Source: Candidatus Saccharimonadales bacterium (GTDB taxonomy: Bacteria > Patescibacteriota > Saccharimonadia > Saccharimonadales > Saccharimonadaceae). From it: a stretch of 64,000 nt of DNA. Each line of letters opens with the position of its first letter. Position 1 is the stretch's first letter. The notes below the pieces were generated by a model. The model was not told the DNA's origin. It searched no databases and worked only from the letters and a program-made list of their open reading frames with translations. Shown piece after piece: positions 15,338 through 23,907 of the stretch. Location: assembly GCA_049644865.1 (NCBI GenBank), contig JBARSV010000019.1, positions 31,196 to 95,195 on the forward strand. Direction: 5' to 3'. The position numbers and the translations under genes are program-made.

Positions 15338-17443
15338 ATGAAACGTCTTTCACAAACTTTAAAGGTTATGTTGGCACTGATAGTCGGTGTTTTCAGCAAT
15401 AACCTATGGCCCGCTGTCGCATCAGCATACAGCACTACGAACCCTGTCCCCTCTGGTGGTACGGTATACGTGTGTAAATACAAGGGCACTCCGGGAGTTG
15501 ACGAAGTGTACAAACCCGGGCAGAACCCTATTGCCGTAAGCCTCACAGCTAACGAGACTCGACAAGTCGGTACATATTTTGAAGATAGCCAAGGCCGTTC
15601 ATACGTCGTTGGCTGGGACAATGGCGATGGCATAGCGCCGACACTTCAAGATTGTCCTGCACCACAAGGTGGCAACACTGTTACCGCAACAGCCCCAACA
15701 GTCATCCCTGTTTGTGGCGCCAACAATGATACGATTACTTTCGCGACCACGGCGAATGTCACCTACTCACAAACCGGTTGGGCAGGAGGAAGTAATACTG
15801 TAAGTTCCATTGCTGCAGCCGGTTATACGTTAACAGGCACGAGTAGTTGGACTTACTCCGACAATACAGTCGCTGGTTGTATGACAGCGATGCCGACCGA
15901 TCCACTTTTCACCGATGACTGCGGCACCGCTGGTGACACCTACACGATTAAGGCTTCAGAAGGAGCTACGTATTATGTCAACGGTATCGCCGTTACGACA
16001 TATGGTACCTTCCCTGCAAGTGGTACTGTGACCGTAACAGCGGTGGCAAATAGTGGCTACATCATGAGTACATCATATCCAACAAACGGCTGGACGCATG
16101 TTTATGAAGGCAACTGTGTTGCCGAAGTCCCAGCCGAGCCTGCACCATACGATCCGTGCGGACTCGACAATGCATCGTGGGTATTACCTGATGACACGAC
16201 CGAGGTCAGTTGGTCTATCGTCAAAGATCATCTCATTGCCACTGCGAATACCGGCTATGAGTTTGGACCAGGCGTAACCACCCATGACTTCGGCCTTGCA
16301 AAAGATTCTGGTGAGCGTTGTGTTATACCAGTACCGACAGAACCAAGCCAAAATGATCCATGTGGGCTCAACAATGCAACATGGTCAGTACCATCAAACA
16401 CCTCACAGATCACCTGGACACTAGTCAACGGTGAGCTAATCGCTACTACAACCGCCAATTATGAGTTTGAAGGTGGTGCCACAACTAAAAACTTTGGAAC
16501 ACCAACAGAAAGTGAAATCTTGTGTGCAGTTGTTGTCGAACCATCGAGTACTGACTTCTGCGGCAATGAATACGATGAGATCACCTACGAAGGTGCCGTT
16601 GGCGTTGATTACAATATCGAATGGAACGAAGATCATACAGTGGCTACCGTCACTGCAACCGCTCAAGAGGGTTATGCAATCGAACCTGAGACGCAAACTA
16701 GCTGGACACTGAACTTTCCTAACGATGAAGTATGTAAGAAAGTTACAATTTGTCACGCGACTGACAGTCGTACCAACCAATACGTTAAGCTAACCGTAAA
16801 CACAAATGCCGCCGATGGGATAGCAGGTAACAGCCTCCGAGTACCTGACCACTACATGCACGACGGACCAATCTACTATGATGGTATCGACCAAGACTGG
16901 GGTGATGTCATACCAGCTATCGATGGCGCACATGATGGTTTGAATCTGACTGTGCTCGGGCAATACATGCTCGACCATGATTGTATGATCCCCGCCGAAT
17001 CGACCGCTTCATACACCGTGACACCATGTGTCGCAACGACAACCCCAACTATCGATACGTTCAGTCTGACACTCACAAATACCGCCGATGACAGCGAAGG
17101 TGACGTCACCTACACCATCACCCTTGGCAGTATAGTCAAGACTGTCACTATCGAAGATGGTGAGAGTATGACCATCAACTACCCAAGATTAGCTGCCGGA
17201 ACCTACTCACTGGCGATCGCAGCAAGCGACGGAACAGTATTTGCAGCCGAGAGCGTCAAAGTAGGCTCATGTGGAGCGATCCTTGGCGAAGAGACTACCA
17301 AGCCAGTCACACGTGTACTTGCCGCTCAAACCCTGCCAGCTGAACTGCCGGCTACGGGTGGCGAAAGCAACGGGTACTTGCTACTTGGTATCGTTGTCAG
17401 CGCTATGACCTACTTCGTCGTATTGCGCCGCCAGCACGCCTAA
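15338..17443 (+). CDS. large LPXTG-anchored surface protein with Cys-containing repeats
   Basis: 701 aa; signal peptide; ~69-aa repeats (EPxxxDPCGLxNAxW...) at ~16121-16730; CHATDSRTNQYV motif; C-terminal LPATGG + hydrophobic helix + RRQHA. Confidence 0.85.
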   Translation: MKRLSQTLKVMLALIVGVFSNNLWPAVASAYSTTNPVPSGGTVYVCKYKGTPGVDEVYKPGQNPIAVSLTANETRQVGTYFEDSQGRSYVVGWDNGDGIAPTLQDCPAPQGGNTVTATAPTVIPVCGANNDTITFATTANVTYSQTGWAGGSNTVSSIAAAGYTLTGTSSWTYSDNTVAGCMTAMPTDPLFTDDCGTAGDTYTIKASEGATYYVNGIAVTTYGTFPASGTVTVTAVANSGYIMSTSYPTNGWTHVYEGNCVAEVPAEPAPYDPCGLDNASWVLPDDTTEVSWSIVKDHLIATANTGYEFGPGVTTHDFGLAKDSGERCVIPVPTEPSQNDPCGLNNATWSVPSNTSQITWTLVNGELIATTTANYEFEGGATTKNFGTPTESEILCAVVVEPSSTDFCGNEYDEITYEGAVGVDYNIEWNEDHTVATVTATAQEGYAIEPETQTSWTLNFPNDEVCKKVTICHATDSRTNQYVKLTVNTNAADGIAGNSLRVPDHYMHDGPIYYDGIDQDWGDVIPAIDGAHDGLNLTVLGQYMLDHDCMIPAESTASYTVTPCVATTTPTIDTFSLTLTNTADDSEGDVTYTITLGSIVKTVTIEDGESMTINYPRLAAGTYSLAIAASDGTVFAAESVKVGSCGAILGEETTKPVTRVLAAQTLPAELPATGGESNGYLLLGIVVSAMTYFVVLRRQHA

Positions 17444-17504
17444 ATTGCTACCCGTCACACACCGACTCGACACAGTTACTTCGTTGAGTCGGTGCGTAGA
17501 GAAC

Positions 17505-18467
17505 TCAAAACCTTTGCAACATCTGACTCGGTGTCCTCAGCTGTATCCCTAAGTGTACTCGTTTGGTGTTGTAATACTCAAGCCAAGCGTCTAGCTTGGC
17601 TTTCTGGGACGGGAGCGGTACGCTTCTGTTCCAGTAGTGTCCAATACACTCAGTTTGTATGGTACGGTTAAAGCGTTCAATATGGGCATTGTCATTGGGA
17701 CGATGCAGGCGACTATGCCTCACTGTCATGCCTGCGCTCCTCATGCGCTGCTCAAAGTACCGACTGTATTCTGGTCCGTTGTCGCTCTGCACCATGGCAA
17801 TGGGGAATCCCCATGCAGTTCGAGCTTCGAGTACAGCCTGGACTGCCAACCCTTGTCGGAGTGTTGTCGCGACCATTACGTAGGCCATCCTCGTGTAGAG
17901 ATCGATGGCAGTATAGTAATACAGTCGTTTACCAGTATTCGGGTTAACGTGATGAATAGTGTCTGTCTGCACCAGTTCGCCGGGGCGAGTGACTGGTGGT
18001 CGCTTTGGGTTGTTTTGTTTGACTCTGGGTTTCCTGGCACCGTCAAAGCAGTGATGACGACGGAGAATACGTTTCACACTACTCAGCGACACCAGAACAT
18101 TGAGCGCGGTTGTGAGATGATGCCAGACCACTTCGGCGCATCGCTTCAGTGTGTCGCGAACCCTGAGAACAAGTGAGACTATCTCTTGTGAGATAGTCTG
18201 TGAGCAGCTATGTGGCCGAGAACTGAGCGTCGGGATGTTCCAGCGATACCCGTGAAAATGATGTGTCTTTTGACGACTCGGGCGGTTGTAGTTCACGCGT
18301 TGCCTATACCGGTTGAGTTGTTCCCACTTCTTGCGCCAACGGTAGATCGTGGAACGGTGTACGCCGCACTTCCGCGCGACGACACCTGAAGAGAGCGTAT
18401 CTTCAAGCAGCAGCCTCAGCGCGACTCCTCTAGCACGAGGCAGGTTAGGATTGGTAGAATAGGCCAT
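17505..18467 (-). CDS. DDE (rve) transposase, IS481-like
   Basis: 320 aa; HTH HRSTIYRWRKKW; catalytic-type VQTDT, QSDNGPEY, NAHIERFNRT. The ORF runs 5 nt beyond the left IR. Confidence 0.85.
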   Translation of the reverse strand: MAYSTNPNLPRARGVALRLLLEDTLSSGVVARKCGVHRSTIYRWRKKWEQLNRYRQRVNYNRPSRQKTHHFHGYRWNIPTLSSRPHSCSQTISQEIVSLVLRVRDTLKRCAEVVWHHLTTALNVLVSLSSVKRILRRHHCFDGARKPRVKQNNPKRPPVTRPGELVQTDTIHHVNPNTGKRLYYYTAIDLYTRMAYVMVATTLRQGLAVQAVLEARTAWGFPIAMVQSDNGPEYSRYFEQRMRSAGMTVRHSRLHRPNDNAHIERFNRTIQTECIGHYWNRSVPLPSQKAKLDAWLEYYNTKRVHLGIQLRTPSQMLQRF

Positions 18468-18536
18468 GACAGGCCTCCTTTCTGTAATTAGTAGTGTAAC
18501 TACAGCTTACGGAGCCTGTCTTTATGTTGCAAAGGT
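17510..18536 (-). mobile_element. IS481-family-like insertion sequence (1027 bp)
   Basis: Perfect 13-bp terminal inverted repeats ACCTTTGCAACAT (17510-17522) / ATGTTGCAAAGGT (18524-18536) bracket a single DDE transposase ORF; no target-site duplication seen. Confidence 0.75.
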
Positions 18537-18654
18537 GGTGGACTGGTACGCTACCATTGATTTTATATAAAAAGAATGTATACTATAAAATAAGGTAGAT
18601 ATCTCATAGACATGATCTAATGGTGACAATCGATGAGAAAGGTTGGCTCGGAAA

Positions 18655-18900
18655 ATGAGGTCACTGGTGTACGTGCTTCTATGGGCAGGATCCGTTTCAA
18701 TGATGCTAGCTACGTGTGCATTCGTGTATGCCTTGAAGCTAAGTGTCGGCAAGAACAACGTGAACGATAACACTGCAGTAAAGAAAATTGGCTCATTGAC
18801 GAAGGTTGTATCCGTTTTCGGCATCATGGCAATAGTTATGGTGCTGGTCCTCGGAGTTATCTGCGTTAATGTCATCCTGAGCGGCATGAGTCTTGGCTGA
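18655..18900 (+). CDS. hypothetical small membrane protein (2 TM)
   Basis: 81 aa from ATG 18655 (the track starts at TTG 18643); two clear hydrophobic helices; weak SD. Confidence 0.45.
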   Translation: MRSLVYVLLWAGSVSMMLATCAFVYALKLSVGKNNVNDNTAVKKIGSLTKVVSVFGIMAIVMVLVLGVICVNVILSGMSLG

Positions 18901-18927
18901 TGCGGTATGTCGTCGCAACGGTTTTTG

Positions 18928-18951
18928 CCTGGTTTTTCCATAAAAACCAGG
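18928..18951. terminator. hairpin between convergent genes
   Basis: CCTGGTTTTT-CCAT-AAAAACCAGG 10-bp stem; no clean U-tract. Confidence 0.4.
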
Positions 18952-18972
18952 TGCAGTACCCCCATCGAGGGG

Positions 18973-20214
18973 CTATTTTTTTGTCAAAATAAGTAGCTCG
19001 CGGCCAGTGATTTGGTCATCGCGGCGATAAATAAGCTGGTCGTTTGTGGCATGGGCGAGTGTGACGCGTTCGTAGCCGAGTTTAGTAGTATCTTCGATAC
19101 ATGACAGGTGGTGATATCTGTCGTCGGTAAACCAGGCCGGTATGGCGAGACAGAGACGAGTCTTAGTGGGGAGTTGTGAAGCAATATTGCGCAAAAATCC
19201 GCGCAGCACACTGTTGCAGTCATGCATGATCTCGGCAAGTTTTTCTGGGGTTGGGTGTTGACCGCCGAGTGGCTGGCCGAGGTAGGATTCGCAGGCGACT
19301 GAGAGGGAAGAGGGAAGAGGGGAGAGGGAAGAGAAATCCCAATTATATTTGGTAGCATCTGCTAATTCCAATCTAATCTCCCCATATTTCATATTTCCTT
19401 TTTCATATTTCTGAATGAGCCAGTCGAGGTTTGCACGGGAATAGTCGATCATTTTGGGGCTGAGGTCGGTGCCGTATACGTCGAAGCCCATGAGTAAGGC
19501 TTCTTGCAATATGACACCGGTACCGCAGAAGGGATCGAGAATGACATGGCTATTAGCATGTGGAATATGGCTATTAGCGATTTCGCTATCTTCTAGAGGC
19601 CATTTTCCAACTGCTATATTTATAATAATTTGCGCCAACTTCGGCGGTAGCATGCCGACGAAGGCATCGCGCTTGGGACGACCGCGGTCGCGGATGGTAT
19701 AACTGTCGATGTCTTGGACGTGTGTAACCTGTCCGAGAATGGTGCTGTCACCGTGACGCACAAAGATAAGCTCGAGTCCGACCGGTGAGGTCAAGCCGTT
19801 GTGGTAGGTCTGAGCGCTACTGAGCGCGGCGTCGGTGTTGGGCACGGCGCGGACGGAGCGACCAACCTTCTTGATGACTTTTTTGAGCGTCAGAGCGTTG
19901 GCGTTGATTGTCGCGACTGGCATATCGAAGCCGTACAGACTCACACCGAGTTTGATCTTACCCTCAGGAATATACTGCAGATGTTCGGGTAGGGCGCGGC
20001 GACAATAATCGAAGACTTTTTGCGGGTTCGTCGTCTCAAGAGTTGTCAGATGCTTGGCGGCTTTCACGCTACCGCCGAGTCGGTCAAAATCGATCGGAGT
20101 CTCGACGAGGGCAGCTGTCGCGCCAAGTGGTGTCACTGCATCGGCGCCGTAGAGCGCTTCGAGTTCGGCAAGGCCAATGGCTGGCTGTCGACCAAGTAAA
20201 CAGATAGTAGACAT
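18973..20214 (-). CDS. putative RNA (guanine-N2-type) methyltransferase, UPF0020/Trm11-like
   Basis: 413 aa; SAM motif ILDPFCGTGVILQEA; a large N-terminal domain precedes the MTase fold. Confidence 0.7.
   Translation of the reverse strand: MSTICLLGRQPAIGLAELEALYGADAVTPLGATAALVETPIDFDRLGGSVKAAKHLTTLETTNPQKVFDYCRRALPEHLQYIPEGKIKLGVSLYGFDMPVATINANALTLKKVIKKVGRSVRAVPNTDAALSSAQTYHNGLTSPVGLELIFVRHGDSTILGQVTHVQDIDSYTIRDRGRPKRDAFVGMLPPKLAQIIINIAVGKWPLEDSEIANSHIPHANSHVILDPFCGTGVILQEALLMGFDVYGTDLSPKMIDYSRANLDWLIQKYEKGNMKYGEIRLELADATKYNWDFSSLSPLPSSLSVACESYLGQPLGGQHPTPEKLAEIMHDCNSVLRGFLRNIASQLPTKTRLCLAIPAWFTDDRYHHLSCIEDTTKLGYERVTLAHATNDQLIYRRDDQITGRELLILTKK
19303..19336. repeat. (GAGGGAA)n heptamer tract, all-purine, inside the methyltransferase CDS
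   Basis: GAGGGAA GAGGGAA GAGGGGA GAGGGAA GAGAAA; encodes FSSLSPLPSSLS on the minus strand. Confidence 0.85.
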
Positions 20215-20254
20215 ATAACCAGTATAGCTGGGTGTGCGTTATAATTGATAGATA

Positions 20255-21298
20255 ATGCGCAAAATCTCTGGTAAAACATGGCTGAGTATCGTGACGCTTG
20301 TGCTCGTGGTGGTCATACTGTATTTTTCTCGTCATGAATTGGTGCGCGCTTGGGAACTGCTTGGACGGGTTAATTTATCTGTTTTACTTCTCATATTACC
20401 ACTCCAAATACTGAGCTATTACGCGGCCGGGGCGATGATATTTTCGTATCTGCGCGACAAATACGACTTGCGAATTTCACACATTGAGACGGCGAAAATG
20501 GCGCTCGAACTCAACTTTGTCAATCATATCCTGCCGAGTGGCGGGGTGTCGGGTGCCTCATATATGACCTGGCGGCTGAGTCACATGGGGGTTACAGCAG
20601 GACGGGCGACACTCGCGCAGGTGGTGCGTTTGGCCATGACATTTATCGCTTTTTTGGTGTTGATGATCATCGCAGTCTTGGCAATCACGCTTGACGGCAG
20701 TATCAACCGCATCACTATATTGGTATCGAGTGGTCTGGCGTCGAGCATTATATTTGGTACGCTGATCGTTGTCTATATCATTCAGAGCCGTAGTCGCTTA
20801 CAGAAAGCAGCGAACCGTATCAGCCGATGGGTTAATAATATATGGCGACTGGTGCTGCGGCGCCCAAAGCCACTACTAGAACATGCCAAAACATTACAGT
20901 TTTTCGAAGATCTCCACAATGATTATCGTGAGTTGGCCAAGTCGCCTCGTGTCCTCAGGCGGCCATTTTGGTGGGGTGTAGTGTTTACGATCGCCGAAGT
21001 CGGCATGTTTTGGGTGACGTTTGTGGCGCTCGGTACGCCTATCAACCCCGCGCCGCTACTGATAGCCTATGGCTTGGCGGGTCTTGCCGGTGTGTTTTTC
21101 TTTACGCCCGGCGGTGTCGGTGGCTATGAAGCCTTGATGGTTAGTTTTTTGGCACTGTCGATTGAAGGGTCAAAAGGTGCCATCATTGCGGCAGTACTGC
21201 TGACTCGTACACTCTTAATACTCGCAACAATTATCTCGGGTTATTATTTTTACCAGAAAGCACTCAACCGGTATGGAAAACACACCCCTGACAGTTAG
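20255..21298 (+). CDS. polytopic membrane protein, lysylphosphatidylglycerol-synthase-TM-region / UPF0104-like
   Basis: 347 aa, ~8 hydrophobic helices; PGGVGGYE motif near the C-terminus. Confidence 0.65.
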   Translation: MRKISGKTWLSIVTLVLVVVILYFSRHELVRAWELLGRVNLSVLLLILPLQILSYYAAGAMIFSYLRDKYDLRISHIETAKMALELNFVNHILPSGGVSGASYMTWRLSHMGVTAGRATLAQVVRLAMTFIAFLVLMIIAVLAITLDGSINRITILVSSGLASSIIFGTLIVVYIIQSRSRLQKAANRISRWVNNIWRLVLRRPKPLLEHAKTLQFFEDLHNDYRELAKSPRVLRRPFWWGVVFTIAEVGMFWVTFVALGTPINPAPLLIAYGLAGLAGVFFFTPGGVGGYEALMVSFLALSIEGSKGAIIAAVLLTRTLLILATIISGYYFYQKALNRYGKHTPDS

Positions 21299-22385
21299 CG
21301 ATGCCATAGCGCTGATCAATCAGACGCTAGACTATGCATACCCGACATTAGTCGTCGAAGGTGAGGTAAGCAGCTTTAAGGTAAACCAAAACAAATATGT
21401 GTTTTTTGACATCAAAGATGAGTCGGGCACACTCGGCTGTTTCATGATGGTCTATGGCCTACGTGTGCCGCTTGAAGACGGTATGCGCATACGGGTGACG
21501 GCACAACCAAAGTTGACGCAGTGGGGAAAATTTAGCTTGACGGTTCGCGAGGTCCAGCCCATCGGCGAGGGCAGTCTCAAGCGATCATTTGAGCTTCTCC
21601 TTGCCAAACTCGATAAAGAGGGGTTGTTTGCTGCCGAGCGTAAGCGGACACTGCCGGAACGGCCGCGGACGATCGGCGTTATTAGTAGCGTCCAGGCGGC
21701 GGGTTACGCTGATTTTATCAAAATATTAAACGAACGATGGGGCGGAGTTGCAGTACAGGTGGCACAGGTTGCAGTGCAAGGGGCTGCTGCTCCCCAGCAG
21801 ATCGTACGTGCTCTTGAGCACTTCAATCAAATGCCCGAACCACCAGACGTTATTGCGATTATTCGCGGAGGCGGTAGTCTCGACGATCTGAGCGCCTTCA
21901 ACGATGAACCACTCGTACGGGCAATCGCTGGAAGTCGCGTACCAGTAATTACGGGTATTGGCCATGAAGTTGATACTAGTCTGGCAGATATGGCAGCCGA
22001 TGTTCGAGCGGCGACGCCGAGCAATGCCGCACAGTTGCTGGTACCAGATCGTCGCGAGATAGCCCGCATGGTGCAGCGAGATGTTGTGGGTATGATTGAG
22101 CGGATGTCGCGGCGACTTATCGACGTTCGACGCAGTGTTGATGAACGGCAGTTCGCTCTATTGCAACGTGTTGCACGCCATCACGAGCGCTTGACCTCAC
22201 GGCTGGCTCAACTACAGACTGTCATCGCACAACTCGATCCTCGGTTGGCGCTTGCTCGTGGCTATGCCTTGTTACGCACGAGCGACGGGGTGATCATCAC
22301 AGAGGCAAAAGTCGGCGATGAGGTGAAAGTTGAGACAAAATCACATAATATGAAAGCAGAGGTAACGTATGTCGAAAGCAAATGA
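21273..22385 (+). CDS. xseA: exodeoxyribonuclease VII large subunit
   Basis: 370 aa; OB-fold N-terminus (VVEGEVSSFKVNQNKYVFFDIKD), IIRGGGSLDDL motif; overlaps the upstream gene by 26 nt. Confidence 0.88.
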   Translation: MENTPLTVSDAIALINQTLDYAYPTLVVEGEVSSFKVNQNKYVFFDIKDESGTLGCFMMVYGLRVPLEDGMRIRVTAQPKLTQWGKFSLTVREVQPIGEGSLKRSFELLLAKLDKEGLFAAERKRTLPERPRTIGVISSVQAAGYADFIKILNERWGGVAVQVAQVAVQGAAAPQQIVRALEHFNQMPEPPDVIAIIRGGGSLDDLSAFNDEPLVRAIAGSRVPVITGIGHEVDTSLADMAADVRAATPSNAAQLLVPDRREIARMVQRDVVGMIERMSRRLIDVRRSVDERQFALLQRVARHHERLTSRLAQLQTVIAQLDPRLALARGYALLRTSDGVIITEAKVGDEVKVETKSHNMKAEVTYVESK

Positions 22386-22572
22386 ACCAACTCTCAGCCA
22401 GCAGCTTGCTCAACTCGATGATATCGTGGCGTGGTTTGAGCAAGATGACTTTGATATGGAGGAGGCAATAGCTAAGTTTGAAGAGGGTTCGGCGCTGGCT
22501 GTCAGTATCCGCGCTAAACTTGCAACACTCGAAAACAAAATTACCGTCCTGAAACAATCGTTTGACGAGTAG
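22369..22572 (+). CDS. xseB: exodeoxyribonuclease VII small subunit
   Basis: 67 aa; LAQLDDIVAWFEQDDFDMEEAIAKFEEG helical hairpin typical of XseB; overlaps the xseA end. Confidence 0.88.
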   Translation: MSKANEPTLSQQLAQLDDIVAWFEQDDFDMEEAIAKFEEGSALAVSIRAKLATLENKITVLKQSFDE

Positions 22573-22573
22573 T

Positions 22574-22700
22574 ATAGCTCGTAGCTCTTAGCTTGTAGCT
22601 TATAGCTCTTAGCTTATAGCTCTTAGCTATCAGCTATCCGCTATCAGCTATCCGCTACCAGCTACCAGCTATTTACCAATTCCCATCTACCATCTACCAT
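22574..22700. repeat. degenerate heptamer array (TAGCTNN)~14 followed by (CATCTAC)2
   Basis: Period-7 units tagctct/tagctta/cagctat/ccgctat/cagctac read directly from the sequence; fills the xseB-methyltransferase intergenic. Confidence 0.85.
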
Positions 22701-22707
22701 AAAGTGT

Positions 22708-23214
22708 ATGTGGCTTTACGTATCTATCGCTATTATCGTCGTCTGTTTTGGCTTAGTGGTGGTACGGGGCGCGCCCTACGTGCCATCGCATCGTCATCAA
22801 TTACGGCGTGCGTTTGGCGAGCTACATCCACTGTCTGACGACGATGTCGTGGTTGACCTCGGCTCGGGCGATGGCGTGGTGCTTCGTGAAGCGCGTCGCA
22901 GCGGGGCGAGTGCCATAGGATATGAACTTAATCCGCTTCTTGTCGGCCTGAGCAGAGTTTTGTCACGGGGTGATGATAAGGTACGGGTGCTGATGGAGGA
23001 TTATTTGCGAGTGACATCTTTGCCTTGCAATACAACCGTAGTATACGCGTTTACAACTGGACGAGACATCGTTGCAATTGACCGTAAGCTACAGCAATGG
23101 AGTCGCGATCAAACGGTCTTCTTCATATCGTATGGGTTTACAGTACCAGATAAACGAGAGCTCCGGTCATTAGACGCGATGCACCTTTACAAATATGAAA
23201 GCATTAGCGTATAA
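22708..23214 (+). CDS. class I SAM-dependent methyltransferase with N-terminal TM helix
   Basis: 168 aa; VVDLGSGDGVVLREA motif I. Confidence 0.75.
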   Translation: MWLYVSIAIIVVCFGLVVVRGAPYVPSHRHQLRRAFGELHPLSDDDVVVDLGSGDGVVLREARRSGASAIGYELNPLLVGLSRVLSRGDDKVRVLMEDYLRVTSLPCNTTVVYAFTTGRDIVAIDRKLQQWSRDQTVFFISYGFTVPDKRELRSLDAMHLYKYESISV

Positions 23215-23221
23215 TCGCACT

Positions 23222-23866
23222 ATGAATAGATCATCACAAACAGGGGATATCAATCCACTTCTGCTGTCAAATATAGTCACGGCCATTATTGCGATTGTGC
23301 TGGTTGGCATCACAGTATGGGCATATAGCAACTACATTGACCAGAAGGACAATGTCAACAAAAAAATAAGCGCTGCTGTTGACGAAGCTCGTGTGGAACA
23401 GGAAAAGAAGGACAACGCTCGGTTCGTTGAGCAAGAAAAGGTTCCTACACGAGAATTTGTCGGTCCTGATGATACGGGAAGGGTTAGCTTCCAGTATCCT
23501 AAAACATGGAGTGTCTATGTAGCTAAAAATATTAATGGTCTTGAGGCGTACCTAAATCCATCCGTCGTGCCACCTATTATCGATACGCAGCCCTTTGCCG
23601 TAAGAGTAATCATAGTTAGCCAAGCATATGAATCTGTTTTGAAGAGCTATGAAGCCCTTATAAAGAAAGGAGATCTTCGAAGTGCACCTTATTCTATTCG
23701 TGGCTTCAGCGGTATACGACTTGACGGTCGTTTCACGAAAGATCGTGAGGGTTCAGCAGTTGTTTTCAAGATACGCGACAAAACACTCACAATGTTTTGT
23801 GACTCTAAAAAATATCTGACTGATTTTGACAACACTGTCATGAAGACTATTAACTTCAATCTTTAG
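23222..23866 (+). CDS. hypothetical membrane-anchored protein
   Basis: 214 aa from ATG 23222 (the track start 23195 overlaps the previous gene); one N-terminal TM then a soluble domain (FQYPKTWSVY...). Confidence 0.6.
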   Translation: MNRSSQTGDINPLLLSNIVTAIIAIVLVGITVWAYSNYIDQKDNVNKKISAAVDEARVEQEKKDNARFVEQEKVPTREFVGPDDTGRVSFQYPKTWSVYVAKNINGLEAYLNPSVVPPIIDTQPFAVRVIIVSQAYESVLKSYEALIKKGDLRSAPYSIRGFSGIRLDGRFTKDREGSAVVFKIRDKTLTMFCDSKKYLTDFDNTVMKTINFNL

Positions 23867-23907
23867 ATATCCTTGGTTTTTTGTTGCTTGCTCGGTACAC
23901 TAAGTAT

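Noticed and set aside
15073-15633. 186-aa minus-strand ORF across the terminator/promoter between the two surface-protein genes
   Set aside because: It spans a clear terminator hairpin, a promoter and both gene ends, so it is a spurious antisense ORF.
18522-18965. 147-aa minus-strand ORF antisense to the small membrane-protein ORF
   Set aside because: It starts inside the downstream hairpin region, runs into the IS right end and has no SD. The plus-strand two-TM ORF is more plausible, though it is itself uncertain.
21273-21298. 26-nt overlap between the membrane-protein gene and xseA as a possible frameshift or fusion
   Set aside because: Both ORFs are complete with sensible termini. Short overlaps are frequent in this window (ATGA, GTGA, TAATG), so there is no evidence of a frameshift.
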